A stretch of DNA of 64,000 nt from Verrucomicrobiota bacterium (lineage in GTDB: Bacteria > Verrucomicrobiota > Verrucomicrobiia > Limisphaerales > UBA11358): positions 83-64,082 of the forward strand of contig JAJPJM010000154.1 of the NCBI GenBank assembly GCA_021324235.1, given 5' to 3'. The notes below the pieces were generated by a model. That model searched no databases. It had not been told where the DNA came from and was given only the letters and a program-made list of their open reading frames with translations. Positions 27,283 through 41,224 of the stretch are shown here, piece by piece. How positions within the stretch are numbered: position 1 is the first letter of the stretch; each line of letters opens with the position of its first letter. Both the position numbers and the translations under genes were made by a program.

Positions 27283-28545
27283 ATGACCGGCTTGCTTGCC
27301 ACCGCCCCCGCGAATTTTTCCCAGCGGCCCATTATCCTGGCAATATTTGCCATCACGTACCTCGGAATCGCCATGGGTCGCGTGCCCGGCTTGAAACTCA
27401 ATCGCGTGGGTATCGCCCTGCTCGGTGCCATCGCGATGATCATCTTTGGCGATGTTTCCACCAACGAGGTGGTCGCCTGGATCAATTGGCCCACCATTTT
27501 TTTGCTGTTCGGATTTTTTGTCATATCCGCGCAACTCCGCCTGTCGGGCTTCTACGATCTGGTGGCCGGCGGCATTTCGGCGCGCCTGGGACACCCCGCG
27601 CGGTTCCTGCTGGTATTGATGCTGGTCACCGGCGGTCTGTCCGCGTTTCTGAACCATGACATCGTTTGCTATGTTTTTGCGCCCATCGTCGGTACCGCGC
27701 TGTTGCGCCAGCAGCTCAATCCCATCCCGTATCTGATTGCCCTGGCCATCGCCAGCAACCTCGGCGCGGCGGCCACGCTCATCGGTAATCCGCAGGACAT
27801 GATGATTGGACAGGTCGCCCATTTGAGTTTTGGCCACTATCTGCTCTGGAGCGCCGTCCCGGTCATGCTGGCCATGGCTGCTGCCTACGGAATCATCTGG
27901 AAGTTGTCGCAGAAAAAACTCCTGGCCGCCCCGACGGTGGCCGGGGAGCCACCCCCCCAACCTCGCCCGTTCAACCGGCCGCACACGATCAAGGGATTGA
28001 TCATTCTCGCCGTGGTCATCGGCCTGTTCTTCTCGTCATTACCCAAGGAAGTCATTGCCCTGGCCGCCGCCGGAATCCATCTGGCCAGCACCAAGTTTCG
28101 CACCGATGATTTGCTGGGTCTGGTGGAATGGCCCATCCTGGTCCTGTTCATGGGGCTGTTTGTGGTGACCGGCGCTTTTCAGTCCACCGGCGGCGGCGAT
28201 CAGGCCGTGCAATGGCTGGCTCACCGCAACCTGAATCTCAACGCCCCGGCCACCCTGACGCTGGCGACCGCGGCCTTGTCCAATTTGATCAACAACTCGG
28301 CGGCGGTGATGCTCCTGCTCAAAGTCGTCAACCTCTCGCAGCCGGCCACCGCTTATATCCTGGCGCTGGCGAACAGCTTTGGCGGCAGCCTCATCATCCT
28401 TGGCAGCGTTTCCAACATCATTGTGGTTCAACAGGCACGCACCTTGGGGGTCAAAATTTCGTTTTGGGATTATGCCCGGCTGGGCATTCCGGTAACCCTG
28501 GCGGCGCTGGCCGGCCTGTTGGTCTGGATTGCCTTGGTGACGTAG
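27283..28545 (+). CDS. ArsB/NhaD-superfamily anion permease (YbiR/citrate-transporter-like)
   Basis: About 10-12 TM helices. GLKLNRVGIALLGAIAMIIFG...WPTIFLLFGFFVISAQL... and repeated NLINNSAAVMLL motifs are typical of the family. Confidence 0.7.
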   Translation: MTGLLATAPANFSQRPIILAIFAITYLGIAMGRVPGLKLNRVGIALLGAIAMIIFGDVSTNEVVAWINWPTIFLLFGFFVISAQLRLSGFYDLVAGGISARLGHPARFLLVLMLVTGGLSAFLNHDIVCYVFAPIVGTALLRQQLNPIPYLIALAIASNLGAAATLIGNPQDMMIGQVAHLSFGHYLLWSAVPVMLAMAAAYGIIWKLSQKKLLAAPTVAGEPPPQPRPFNRPHTIKGLIILAVVIGLFFSSLPKEVIALAAAGIHLASTKFRTDDLLGLVEWPILVLFMGLFVVTGAFQSTGGGDQAVQWLAHRNLNLNAPATLTLATAALSNLINNSAAVMLLLKVVNLSQPATAYILALANSFGGSLIILGSVSNIIVVQQARTLGVKISFWDYARLGIPVTLAALAGLLVWIALVT

Positions 28546-28599
28546 TCGGCGTTTGCCTTCCGCCTCGACTCACCATTCCAACCCGCTTAGGCTGCGGGC

Positions 28600-29622
28600 A
28601 TGAATCAACTTCTCATCGGCCTGATGGGCGCGTTACTGGCCACAAACCAGCCGCAGGCCGTCAGCAATTTGATCCAGCAGAACGCCGGGCTCTCGGTCAA
28701 CCTTCCCGAGGCCAATGACCCTGCGGATAAGGAACTGGAGCAATTGATGGCCGGGGACGATGCGGCCATGGCTGAAGTGGACAAATGGATCCGTGACAAC
28801 AATGCCTTCACGGCCCAGGGCGCGGGTGAATCCAAGGCGGAATTAAACGCGCGCATCATGGCCCGGCTGGATATTGTCCGCAAAAACTACCAGGATTTTG
28901 TGCGGCGCCATCCCGATTTCGCCCCGGGCTATCTGGCCTATGCCAGTTTCCTGAACAATATCGGCGATGAGGATGCCGCAAAAGTGCAAAACGAAAAAGC
29001 CCTGCAGCTCGACCCCAAAAACCCGGCGGCCTGGAACAATCTCGGCAACTATTACGGTGAATACGGTCCCATCACCAACGCCTTCATCTACTTTGCCAAA
29101 GCCATTGAGCTGGACCACACGGAGCCGGTCTATTATCAGAATCTCGCGGTCATGGTGTATCTCTATCGCACGGATGCGAAGTCCTTTTACCACCTCGACG
29201 AACAACAGGTTTTTGACAAGTCGCTCGCACTCTACCGCCAGGCCATGCGACTGGACCCGGATAACTTCCCGCTTGCCACCGAATATGCGGAAAACTATTA
29301 CGCCATTCGCCCGCTTCGCACCAACGACGCCCTGGCGGCGTGGACCAACACGTTGCAAATTGCCCACAATGACATTGAGCGCGAAGGCGTTTACATTCAT
29401 CTGGCCCGGGTCAAGATGCTGGCCGGACGTTATGCCGAGGCGCGCACGCAGCTCGATGCCGTGACCAATGGGATGTATTCCGACCTCAAAGGCATCGTGG
29501 AACACGCCATCACCGAGCGCGAAAGTGAGGCAACCCATTCAGCCGCCGGTGGGATTTCGACGAATGATTCGGGCTTTTCAACCAATCGTTTTACTGCGCC
29601 AACCAACACTTTGCCGCCTTGA
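28600..29622 (+). CDS. Secreted TPR-repeat protein
   Basis: Signal-like N-terminus. TPR-like units ([17 protein letters not shown]..., [13 protein letters not shown]...[17 protein letters not shown]...). Confidence 0.65.
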   Translation: MNQLLIGLMGALLATNQPQAVSNLIQQNAGLSVNLPEANDPADKELEQLMAGDDAAMAEVDKWIRDNNAFTAQGAGESKAELNARIMARLDIVRKNYQDFVRRHPDFAPGYLAYASFLNNIGDEDAAKVQNEKALQLDPKNPAAWNNLGNYYGEYGPITNAFIYFAKAIELDHTEPVYYQNLAVMVYLYRTDAKSFYHLDEQQVFDKSLALYRQAMRLDPDNFPLATEYAENYYAIRPLRTNDALAAWTNTLQIAHNDIEREGVYIHLARVKMLAGRYAEARTQLDAVTNGMYSDLKGIVEHAITERESEATHSAAGGISTNDSGFSTNRFTAPTNTLPP

Positions 29623-29830
29623 CGAACGTGATCACCACGCCGTTAAACCCGTCGCTGCTACGTGCCCATGGCGTGCCCATACTCACCAACCCGCCCGTTT
29701 TTTCTCCGAAGATCGTCAACGTAATGACAAATGTGCCGCCCCATTCTCCCCAAGCCCTCGGTTTATCGCGGTCTTGACCCCAGGAGATTCAACTTTTGTC
29801 CCGGCTGACTTGTGGTATGATGGTCAACAC

Positions 29831-30220
29831 ATGAGTTTTTACGACCTATTGAAATTTGACGCCAACGGACTGATTCCCGCCATTGTCCAGGAACAGAAAA
29901 CCGGACGCGTTCTGATGATGGCGTGGATGAACCGGGCCGCGCTCGAAAAAACCATCGCCACGGGCCGGACGCACTTTTGGAGCCGGTCGCGCCAAAAATT
30001 CTGGATGAAAGGCGAAACCAGCGGTCATGTGCAACAGGTCCGGGACATTGCCTTCGACTGCGACGGCGATGTCCTGCTCATCCAGGTCGGGCAAACCGGG
30101 GCGGCGTGTCATGAAGGTTACCAATCCTGCTTTTTCCGTTCCGTGGAAAAAGATGGAAAATCGGTTAAAATAACGGAATCCCGTCTGGAAACGCCGGAAC
30201 AAATCTACGGAAAGAAATAA
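29831..30220 (+). CDS. hisI: Phosphoribosyl-AMP cyclohydrolase (monofunctional)
   Basis: Track ORF 29468..30220. [29 protein letters not shown]...[18 protein letters not shown]...[11 protein letters not shown]...[14 protein letters not shown] at 29831 is the likely start. Confidence 0.9.
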   Translation: MSFYDLLKFDANGLIPAIVQEQKTGRVLMMAWMNRAALEKTIATGRTHFWSRSRQKFWMKGETSGHVQQVRDIAFDCDGDVLLIQVGQTGAACHEGYQSCFFRSVEKDGKSVKITESRLETPEQIYGKK

Positions 30221-30840
30221 TGGATGACCCGGTTTCATTTCAGAGTCGTGAGTATTTTTTAATGCTCGCCCTGCTGGCCTTCGGACGCGGGATGGATTTT
30301 CTCAGCACGTGGATCGCCACCCCCAACCTGGCCTTGGAGGGCAATCCCATCGCCAAAAAACTTGGCTGGAAATGGGGGTTGTTGTTGAACGCAGTCGTGG
30401 TGGTGATTCTGGCCCTGTGGCCGTTGTCGGCCATGGTCGTCACCACAGCCAGCGTGCTGGTGGCCGCGCGTAATTTCCAATCCGCCTGGTTCATGCGTTC
30501 GCTGGGTGAGGACGCCTATCGCGAATGGCACGTCCAGCGCGTGCGGGAAACACCCGTTACCCTTCATCTGTTTTGCCTCGCCGGCAATACCCTGCTCACC
30601 GCCTTCATCGGCGTGGTGTTGATCGGCTTCAGCGGAATGCGACTCGTGCCCTTTGCCATCGGCATGGGCATCGTGGCCTATGCCATCGCCGTGGCGTTTT
30701 ATTCCCTGCTGGCCATCTGGCGCATCCACCGCGCCATCAAACGTGAGGCGTATCAGTTGCCAGCCGCGCGAAATCAATCGCCGGCCACCCGAACGCTGGT
30801 GGTCGAAACATACTCGCGCCCGCCCGACCAAATCGGTTAA
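30220..30840 (+). CDS. Membrane protein (DUF5658-like)
   Basis: Five or six hydrophobic helices. GRGMDFLSTWIATPNLALEGNPIAKKLGW motif. The ATG overlaps the hisI stop. Confidence 0.5.
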   Translation: MDDPVSFQSREYFLMLALLAFGRGMDFLSTWIATPNLALEGNPIAKKLGWKWGLLLNAVVVVILALWPLSAMVVTTASVLVAARNFQSAWFMRSLGEDAYREWHVQRVRETPVTLHLFCLAGNTLLTAFIGVVLIGFSGMRLVPFAIGMGIVAYAIAVAFYSLLAIWRIHRAIKREAYQLPAARNQSPATRTLVVETYSRPPDQIG

Positions 30841-30852
30841 ACTGTTGGCCGC

Positions 30853-32355
30853 ATGTTTTCGCCAACCCTTGATGAATTTTTGAAACTGGCCGGACAGGGA
30901 AATCTGATCCCCGTCACGCGCCGCCTGCTGGCCGACATTGAAACCCCGTTGTCGGCCTACCGGAAAATCCGCGGGCAGGGTGAATCCTTCCTGTTTGAAT
31001 CCGTTGAAGGCGGCGAACACCTCGGCCGTTACTCGTTCGTCGGCTGCAATCCGCGCGCCGTCATCCGGCAAACCGGCGACCGCGTCGAAGTCATCGAAAA
31101 CGGCAAGGTCATCGAAACCACTTTCATCGGCCAGGACGTGAAGGACGGTCTGGCTGTCGTCGAACACGTGATGAAAAAATATCGCGCCGTGGCGTTGCCC
31201 GGCCTGCCGCGCTTCACCGGCGGCGCCGTCGGCTTCATCGGTTACGAATTCATTCACGACGTCGAACCGGTTGTGCCGCGCCCGCCGCAGGATGAACTGG
31301 GCACGCCCACGATGGTCTTTTTGATCGCCGACCAATTGCTGATTTTCGACCGGGCGGCCCAAACCATCACCATCCTGGTCAACGCGATCCTGAATGACGC
31401 CGAAAGTCCGGCGGATACCTACGAAAACGCAACGAGCGAAATTGAGCGCATTATTTCGCTGCTCGAACAGCCCAGCGAACATCATCCCGTAACGGTGCCG
31501 GATGAAGTGCCGGTGATCCCTTTTGAATCCAACCAGACGAAGGAAAAATTTTCCGCCAACGTCCTCAAGTCGAAGGACTACATCACCGCCGGCGACATCA
31601 TCCAGGTCGTCGGTTCCCAGCGCTTTTCCACGCCAATCCAGGCATCGCCGCTCGATCTTTATCGCGCCGCCCGTTCCGTCAATCCGTCACCTTACATGTT
31701 TTTGCTCGAACTCGACGGTTTTTCCCTGGTCGGCGCCTCCCCGGAAATCCATGTTCGTTGCGAGGACGGCCGGGTTGAAATCCGTCCGGTGGCCGGTACG
31801 CGGCGGCGCGGAAAGACGGAGGACGAAGACCAGGCGCTCGAAAAAGAATTGCTCGCCGACCCGAAGGAGCGCGCCGAGCACGTGATGCTGGTGGACCTCG
31901 CGCGCAACGACATCGGGCGCGTGTGCGATTTCGGCACCGTGCAGGTGAAAGACCTGATGTTTATCGAGCGTTACAGCCACGTCATGCACATCGTGACCCA
32001 GGTCGAAGGAAAATTGTCCGCCGACAAATCGCTTTACGATTTGATGCGCGCCACCTTTCCTGCCGGTACCGTGAGCGGCGCGCCGAAAATCCGGGCGATG
32101 CAGATCATTTCCGAACTGGAGCGGACCACGCGCGGACCCTATGCCGGCTGCGTCGGCTATTTTTCCTTCAACGGCAATCTCGACACCTGTATCACCATCC
32201 GCACCGCGCTGATCAAGGGCGGCCGGGTTTACGTGCAGGCTGGCGGCGGCTGGGTGAATGATTCCATGCCGGAAGGGGAATTTCAGGAGACCGTCAACAA
32301 ATCCATGGCCATGCGCAAAGCCGTGGCGATGGCGGAAGGATTTGCAAAAAGCTGA
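30853..32355 (+). CDS. trpE: Anthranilate synthase component I
   Basis: LLADIETPLSAYRKI, LFESVEGGEHLGRYSF, GTVSGAPKIRAMQIISELE..RGPYAGCVGYF. Confidence 0.9.
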   Translation: MFSPTLDEFLKLAGQGNLIPVTRRLLADIETPLSAYRKIRGQGESFLFESVEGGEHLGRYSFVGCNPRAVIRQTGDRVEVIENGKVIETTFIGQDVKDGLAVVEHVMKKYRAVALPGLPRFTGGAVGFIGYEFIHDVEPVVPRPPQDELGTPTMVFLIADQLLIFDRAAQTITILVNAILNDAESPADTYENATSEIERIISLLEQPSEHHPVTVPDEVPVIPFESNQTKEKFSANVLKSKDYITAGDIIQVVGSQRFSTPIQASPLDLYRAARSVNPSPYMFLLELDGFSLVGASPEIHVRCEDGRVEIRPVAGTRRRGKTEDEDQALEKELLADPKERAEHVMLVDLARNDIGRVCDFGTVQVKDLMFIERYSHVMHIVTQVEGKLSADKSLYDLMRATFPAGTVSGAPKIRAMQIISELERTTRGPYAGCVGYFSFNGNLDTCITIRTALIKGGRVYVQAGGGWVNDSMPEGEFQETVNKSMAMRKAVAMAEGFAKS

Positions 32356-32466
32356 TTTTATCCACGGCTCTCGCGAATTCCTCATTGGTGGAGCGAACGT
32401 CCCGTGCGCCAAAATCGAAACCGGCCGGTTCTTGCCAAAATCAGCGTTAATCGCCGCGATCCATGG

Positions 32467-35825
<3,359 letters not shown>

Positions 35826-35829
<4 letters not shown>

Positions 35830-36854
35830 GGCTGGAGAATGACGGGCTGTCCATCCAATAATTGCGCCGCGCCTTCGGTGACCACGGGTTCGCCCGCATC
35901 CACGCCGGAAACCAGTTCAACCTCGTCGCCGACCCGTTTGCCGGTTTTAACGATGCGCAATTGGGCGTGGCCGCTGGCCACAACGAAAACCAGTTCTATT
36001 TCTCCGCGTTGCCACACGGCCGTTGCGGGTACGCGCAACGCCGAGGTTTTGCCGACCGGCACCGCCACCCGACTAAACTGTCCGGCGCGCAGACCGGGAG
36101 CGGACGGCAAATCCAGTTTGACGAGGAACGTGTGGCTGTTGGGATCGGCGGACGGCGCGATTTCACTGACCGTGCCGGCGAGTTCGTTGCTGATACCGGA
36201 CACGTGCACCTCCAGCCTGTCGCCGAGCGCGAGATGGCCGATGACCGCTTCCGGCACGTCGGTTTCCAGTTGCAAATCGCGGGCATCCTCCATTTCCAGC
36301 AGCGGCTTGCCGGGCGCGGCCAGATCGCCGACATCGGCGTATTTGCGGGTGATAACACCATCGAATGGCGCCGTTACCCTGGTGTAATCCAGCAACGACT
36401 TCGCCGCCGCCGCCGCCGCATCGGCGACATGAAACTTTGATTGGGCGGCGTCGTATTCGGATTGCGAAAGAATTTTTTGCTGGACCAGATCCGTCGCACG
36501 TTTCAAATCACTTTCGGCCTGCTGGCGAACGGCGTCGGCCTGATCCAGTTGCGCCTGGACTTCCCGGGCATCAAGTTGGACCAACGGTTCACCCGCCTTC
36601 ACCTCCTGGCCGGGTACCACGAGCATTTGCTCAATCTTGCCGCTGACCTTGGCTTCGATGACCGCGTGCAATTTGGCGCGTACCGTACCGACGTCCTCCT
36701 CGGTGGCGACGCGGCTTTTGCTTTCGGCAATTTGAACCCGCACAGCCACCGGCGGCAGGGAATTGGCGGAGACGTCTCCGGGTTTGCCTCCGCAGCCGTT
36801 CAAGACCAGCGCCGCCAACAACAGTGCGGCCGACGTGCGATTTGGCTGATTCAT
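35826..36854 (-). CDS. RND efflux periplasmic adaptor (MFP), lipoprotein
   Basis: Track ORF 35826..37001. ATG at 36854 gives [23 protein letters not shown] (lipobox). HlyD-like hairpin and beta-barrel segments. 4-nt overlap with the RND gene. Confidence 0.85.
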
Positions 36855-37090
36855 TTTCCGGAGGCCACTTGAACCGGGTCGGCCCCACCGCAGCTTCCAC
36901 GGTCGCGGCCCACGCCAACTTTTTTTAAAACAATTTCCAGCGGGCAAAAGTTGGTGAACGAGGATTGCAGCAGGTTGAAGCCGACGAACGCCGCAAACCA
37001 AAGCCAGTAGGGACTGAGATAGTGCGCCAGCAGCAAACTGGCGAGGATGAACGCGCCGGCGAACCGACGGACAATCATGTGCATTTTCAT
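36851..37090 (-). CDS. DUF2892 (YgaP-like) small membrane protein
   Basis: C-terminal part of track ORF 36851..37297. ATG at 37090: MKMHMIVRRFAGAFILASLLLAHYLSPYWLWFAAFVGFNLLQSSFTNFCPLEIVLKKVG. It overlaps the MFP start. Confidence 0.6.
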   Translation of the reverse strand: MKMHMIVRRFAGAFILASLLLAHYLSPYWLWFAAFVGFNLLQSSFTNFCPLEIVLKKVGVGRDRGSCGGADPVQVASGK

Positions 37091-37116
37091 AACGGGTATT
37101 TGGGTTGGTTTCGGGT

Positions 37117-37284
37117 TTAATGGAAACTGGTCAAGATCAGCACGCCCACGACCATGCCATAGAGAGTGCTGATGAACGGGTTGCCTGTCAACGGGCACGC
37201 GCCGGTCGGGCAGCCGGCGAGTTTGTGCCAGCCAAAACCGAGACCGGCCCCGATGACCGCGCCGATGAGCACTCGCAGCATCAT
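37117..37284 (-). CDS. Small membrane protein with CPTGAC motif (DUF6132-like), below track size cutoff
   Basis: Own translation: MMLRVLIGAVIGAGLGFGWHKLAGCPTGACPLTGNPFISTLYGMVVGVLILTSFH, stop TAA at 37119-37117. It is the first gene of the operon divergent from arsR. Confidence 0.5.
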   Translation of the reverse strand: MMLRVLIGAVIGAGLGFGWHKLAGCPTGACPLTGNPFISTLYGMVVGVLILTSFH

Positions 37285-37331
37285 AACCCGACCCCACTCC
37301 CGGCTGACAATTCAGGTTGAACGATTAAGTC

Positions 37332-37346
37332 AATCATGTTATGATT
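37332..37346. promoter_or_regulatory. Candidate ArsR operator (6-3-6 inverted repeat AATCAT-GTT-ATGATT)
   Basis: Perfect palindrome in the AT-rich 80-bp divergent intergenic region, 19 nt upstream of the arsR ATG. Confidence 0.3.
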
Positions 37347-37364
37347 ATATAACTAAATAGTAAT

Positions 37365-37673
37365 ATGTCAAAGGGTAAATTCACCAATTTTGTGGCCGCC
37401 GGGGAACTGGAACAAATCGCCGCGCGGTTCAAGCTGCTGGGCGAGCCGACGCGGTTGCGGATCTTGCAGTCGGTCTGCCGGCAGCCGCGCACCGTGAACG
37501 CCATCGTGGCCGACACCGGCTCGACCCAGGCCAACGTGTCCAAACACCTGGCCCTGCTGGCGGCCGCCGGCCTCCTGGAGCGCAAACGGGACGGTCAATG
37601 CGTCTTCTATGGCATGAAGGACCAACTGGCGTTAAAGCTGTGCGAATTGGTGCGGGCGCAGCTGGCGGAATAA
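37365..37673 (+). CDS. ArsR/SmtB family transcriptional regulator
   Basis: LEQIAARFKLLGEPTRLRILQSVC...TVNAIVADTGSTQANVSKHLALLAAAGLLERKRDGQCVFY winged-HTH. Confidence 0.85.
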   Translation: MSKGKFTNFVAAGELEQIAARFKLLGEPTRLRILQSVCRQPRTVNAIVADTGSTQANVSKHLALLAAAGLLERKRDGQCVFYGMKDQLALKLCELVRAQLAE

Positions 37674-37739
37674 TTGCCGCCAGGAAATTGTTTGCCGCCG
37701 CGGCAACCTCTGTTAACCTGAGATTGAAGTCGGAAAGTT

Positions 37740-39014
37740 ATGAAGCGTTGGGGTATCATTTTGATCGCGGGATTGCTTCTGGGTATGGCGGCCCCGGCCG
37801 CACAAGTGGGACTGATTAAAATCGACGGCCCCATCGGCCCGGCCTCGGCCAGTTACATTGCCCGCGCGATCAATGTGGCGGCGGCGCAAAATGACGAATG
37901 CCTCGTCATTCAACTCGATACCCCCGGCGGCCTGCTCGAATCCACCAAACAAATCGTCGAGACTTTGTTCGCCTCAAAAATCCCGACGGTCGTATATGTT
38001 TCACCGTCGGGCGCGAGCGCGGCCAGCGCCGGAGTATTCATCACGCTGGCCGCCGACGTCGCGGCGATGGCGCCGAATACGAGCATCGGCGCGGCGCATC
38101 CGGTGGAAATGGGCATCGGCGGCATCGACGAATCCACGAACGACGTGATGCGGCAAAAACTGGAAAATTACGGCTCCAGTTTCATCGAAACCATCGCCGA
38201 TAAACGGCACCGCAACGTCGAGTGGGCGAAATCGGCCGTGGTCGAAAGCCAGGCCACCACCTCCGAAAAGGCGCTCAACCTGAAGGTCATCGATCTCATT
38301 GCCACCGACGTTCCGGATTTGCTCAAACAACTGGAGGGCCGCGCCATCGACGGTAAAACGTTGCACACGGCAAATGCCGAAGTTGTGGAAATTCCGATGA
38401 GTGCGGCGGAGCATTTGTTCCAACTGTTCTGGCAACCCGAAGTGATGATGATTCTCCTGCTCATCGCGATTTACGGTATCATCGCCGAAATCAGCCATCC
38501 GGGGGCGATTTTTCCCGGCGTTGCGGGCGCGATGGCGCTGATCCTGATGCTTTACATGTCGGCCACGCTGCCGATCAACGCCGCAGGGGTTGCGCTGATT
38601 CTCCTGGCCGTGGCGTTGTTCATCATTGATATTTTTGCGCCGACGCACGGCGTGTTGACCGGCGGCGGCATCGTCGCGTTTTTCCTCGGCGCGCTCATGC
38701 TGTTCAATCACGAACCGACTGTGTATCGTCTCCCAATGAGCTGGATTATTTCGTCCACGCTGGTCACGGCCTTGTTTTTCGTCTTTGTCATCAGCAAGGG
38801 CATCCGCGCGCAGTTCAGGCCGATTCAGGCCGGTCGGGAAACCATGCTGGGCCAGACGGTGAAGGCGCTCTCACGAATTGACCCGCAGGGTGGCAGGGTG
38901 TTCATCGAGGGTGAACGCTGGAACGCCGTGAGTGAAGCACCCATCGAAGCCGGCCAACCGGTGGTCGTCACCGGCATCGAAGGATTGACGTTGAAAGTGA
39001 AACCAAAAAACTAG
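37740..39014 (+). CDS. NfeD family membrane-bound ClpP-class serine protease
   Basis: IKIDGPIGPASASYIARAI...LDTPGGLLESTKQIV...SGASAASAGVFITLAADVAAMAPNTSIGAAHPV. TM block and C-terminal OB domain (VFIEGERWNAVS). Confidence 0.85.
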   Translation: MKRWGIILIAGLLLGMAAPAAQVGLIKIDGPIGPASASYIARAINVAAAQNDECLVIQLDTPGGLLESTKQIVETLFASKIPTVVYVSPSGASAASAGVFITLAADVAAMAPNTSIGAAHPVEMGIGGIDESTNDVMRQKLENYGSSFIETIADKRHRNVEWAKSAVVESQATTSEKALNLKVIDLIATDVPDLLKQLEGRAIDGKTLHTANAEVVEIPMSAAEHLFQLFWQPEVMMILLLIAIYGIIAEISHPGAIFPGVAGAMALILMLYMSATLPINAAGVALILLAVALFIIDIFAPTHGVLTGGGIVAFFLGALMLFNHEPTVYRLPMSWIISSTLVTALFFVFVISKGIRAQFRPIQAGRETMLGQTVKALSRIDPQGGRVFIEGERWNAVSEAPIEAGQPVVVTGIEGLTLKVKPKN

Positions 39015-39026
39015 AAACGTAAAAAT

Positions 39027-39803
39027 ATGGACCAAGAATCAATTCAACATCTCATCGGCGGTGGACTGGCCATCATCGTGCCCGTCATCGTCGTGTTTTT
39101 AATCGTCGCGTCGCAGGCGTTGCGCATCCTGCGTGAATATGAGCGTGGTGTCATTTTCCGGCTCGGCAAATTGCAGGGCGCCAAAGGGCCGGGCATCATC
39201 TTTCTGATTCCCATCGTGGACAAGATGGTGCGGATGGATTTGCGGGTGGTGACCATTGACGTGCCCAAACAGGAAATCATGACGCGCGACAACGTGCCCG
39301 CCACGGTGGACGCGGTGGTTTATTTCCGCGTGGTGGACCCGAACGCGGCGGTGGTGAAGGTGGAAAATTTCTGGAAGGCGACGTCGCTCATCGCGCAGAC
39401 GACGCTGCGCAGCGTGCTCGGCCAGTCGCCGCTGGACGATTTGCTGGCGCAACGCGATGTCATCAACCAGAAACTGCAGGAAATCATCGACAAACAGACC
39501 GAGCCGTGGGGCATCAAGGTCACGGGCGTGGAAGTGAAGGAAGTCGCGTTGCCGGACAGCATGAAGCGTGCGATGGCCAAGCAGGCCGAAGCCGAACGCG
39601 AACGCCGGGCGAAGGTTGTGAACGCGGAAGGAGAATTTCAGGCCGCCGAAAAAATGGTGCAGGCCGCTGCGTTGATCAGCAAGGAACCGATTGCGTTGCA
39701 ATTGCGCTATCTCCAGACCATGCGCGAAATGGCCAGTGAACACAACACCACCACGTTTCTGCCGCTGCCGATTGACCTGTTCAGCGCGTTTTTGAAGAAG
39801 TAA
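39027..39803 (+). CDS. SPFH/band-7 (stomatin-like) protein
   Basis: [18 protein letters not shown]...[12 protein letters not shown]...[25 protein letters not shown]. Classic NfeD partner. Confidence 0.9.
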   Translation: MDQESIQHLIGGGLAIIVPVIVVFLIVASQALRILREYERGVIFRLGKLQGAKGPGIIFLIPIVDKMVRMDLRVVTIDVPKQEIMTRDNVPATVDAVVYFRVVDPNAAVVKVENFWKATSLIAQTTLRSVLGQSPLDDLLAQRDVINQKLQEIIDKQTEPWGIKVTGVEVKEVALPDSMKRAMAKQAEAERERRAKVVNAEGEFQAAEKMVQAAALISKEPIALQLRYLQTMREMASEHNTTTFLPLPIDLFSAFLKK

Positions 39804-39874
39804 GACCTTGTTTAAGGCGGGCCGAACGACAAAAGTCCATCGACATTTGTTGGTTGAGATTCAAAATTTGCTTC

Positions 39875-40120
39875 ATGCCTCTTTACGAGTACGAACTGTG
39901 CGAAGGCGAGTGCAAGGTGTGCGGCGGGCGGTTCACCCTCCGCCGGCCGCTCTCGGCCAAACCGCTCACGAATTGTCCGGCCTGCAAAAAGCCGGTGCGC
40001 AAGATCATTTCCACCTTTAATTCACCGCAAAAACTCAAGCCGCTGTCCGTTTCGGACGCCAAAAAAGCCGGGTTTACCGTGCTGAAAAAAGTCAGTAAAG
40101 GCGAGTACGAACGACAGTAA
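39875..40120 (+). CDS. FmdB-family zinc-ribbon protein
   Basis: Track ORF 39854..40120. MPLYEYELCEGECKVCGGRF...CPACKKPVRKI (CxxC...CxxC). Confidence 0.75.
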   Translation: MPLYEYELCEGECKVCGGRFTLRRPLSAKPLTNCPACKKPVRKIISTFNSPQKLKPLSVSDAKKAGFTVLKKVSKGEYERQ

Positions 40121-40165
40121 ATCCGTTTTGACGCAGCCGGTAATTTGCGGTAGGCTGATGCTTGA

Positions 40166-41209
40166 ATGGAGCTCCGCCTTTTCAGTTTAAGATGGTCGCT
40201 GCTGCCGGCCCTGGCGGCCCTGGCGGCGGTGTTGTCCGTGGACGCCCAATCGACGGCGACCAATGCTTGGAAGCCCATTGTTTTTTCGTCACCGGGCGGC
40301 GGTGGAACCACCTCCAACCTGACGTCGCTTTCCACCCAGCCGGTGCCGCCGGCGAACCTGCAAGGCCTGTTTCAAGATACGTCGCCGGTGCCTTCCTTTA
40401 ATGATTTCGCGCCGCCGCCGATGCCGGACATGGGACGGCGGCCCCAAAGATCAGCCAATAACCGGCAGGATTGGGTTTTCATGACCCCTGCGGAGATCAT
40501 GGGGGTGGCACCGGAACAGTTTGGCCGAACCCAGAAACGTGACGCGAATGGTCGACTGGAGAATTTAAGCCCGATGGAGCGCTATCTGGAAAGGCAGGGC
40601 CCCTCGGCGCGGTTGAAGAACAATTCGCCCGACAATCCGCTTCGGTCACGGAATTTCTGGGGCGCAGACGATGGTCAAACGAATGGCGACGACAATGGTG
40701 CTTCCGACCTGGTTGACAGTGGTATGGATGACCTGCGATCGGTGACCGCGCTCAACCAATCTTTGAACAGCGCGCCGGGCAACAATCTTCTGGGGGCCCC
40801 CAATGCAGATTCGCCCTGGGCAAAAGTGCCTGGCGCTGCGGCGTCACTGGGGATATCCGATTCCGTCCAACAAAGGGCGGATCTGGAACAGGCGCAGTTC
40901 CAGCAGTTGCTCAACCCGGGCACGGTCCCCGTTACGGCGGCAACGACTCTGCCGGACCGAACGACGTCTCTGAATGCACAAACCACCGTGGGGGATTTCG
41001 ATTCCACCGAGCCATTGGCCAATCCGATCGGCGCTTCCTTCGCCCCTTTAAGCAGCGGGATTGCCAGGCCGATTGGTTTGGCGCCGCTCCCCGGTATCAC
41101 GCAGCCGGCCGGTACACAGACTCCCGCCGTTCCTGCCTGGGCACCGCAGCCCGCTCCGTGGACATCGCAAGCGCCGCAGCCGTTTGCCATTCCCCAGCGT
41201 AAATTCTGA
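40166..41209 (+). CDS. Secreted low-complexity hypothetical protein
   Basis: Signal-like MELRLFSLRWSLLPALAALAAVLSVDAQS. The rest is Pro/Ala/Gln/Ser/Asn-rich. No recognisable domain. Confidence 0.45.
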   Translation: MELRLFSLRWSLLPALAALAAVLSVDAQSTATNAWKPIVFSSPGGGGTTSNLTSLSTQPVPPANLQGLFQDTSPVPSFNDFAPPPMPDMGRRPQRSANNRQDWVFMTPAEIMGVAPEQFGRTQKRDANGRLENLSPMERYLERQGPSARLKNNSPDNPLRSRNFWGADDGQTNGDDNGASDLVDSGMDDLRSVTALNQSLNSAPGNNLLGAPNADSPWAKVPGAAASLGISDSVQQRADLEQAQFQQLLNPGTVPVTAATTLPDRTTSLNAQTTVGDFDSTEPLANPIGASFAPLSSGIARPIGLAPLPGITQPAGTQTPAVPAWAPQPAPWTSQAPQPFAIPQRKF

Positions 41210-41224
41210 GCGGGGCGGCGGGGA

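Noticed and set aside
26140-27984. 614-aa minus-strand ORF, one of the longest in the track
   Set aside because: It is antisense to the PPK2 and permease genes, which carry clear family motifs. Its translation is Arg/Gly/His/Pro/Gln-rich with no recognisable domain. This is a typical shadow ORF of a GC3-rich coding strand.
29811-29833. Extended -10 (TGGTATGAT) 9 nt before the hisI ATG, suggesting a leaderless mRNA
   Set aside because: There is no matching -35, and this is a single weak motif in a GC-rich genome. It cannot be supported without transcription start-site data.
30259-31485. 408-aa minus-strand ORF
   Set aside because: It is antisense to the membrane protein gene and trpE, and its translation is low-complexity and Arg/Gly/Asp-rich. 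Shadow ORF.
32419-32430. Palindrome AACCGGCCGGTT between convergent trpE and the RND gene as a bidirectional terminator
   Set aside because: It has no loop, its effective stem is very short, and it has no flanking T/A runs.
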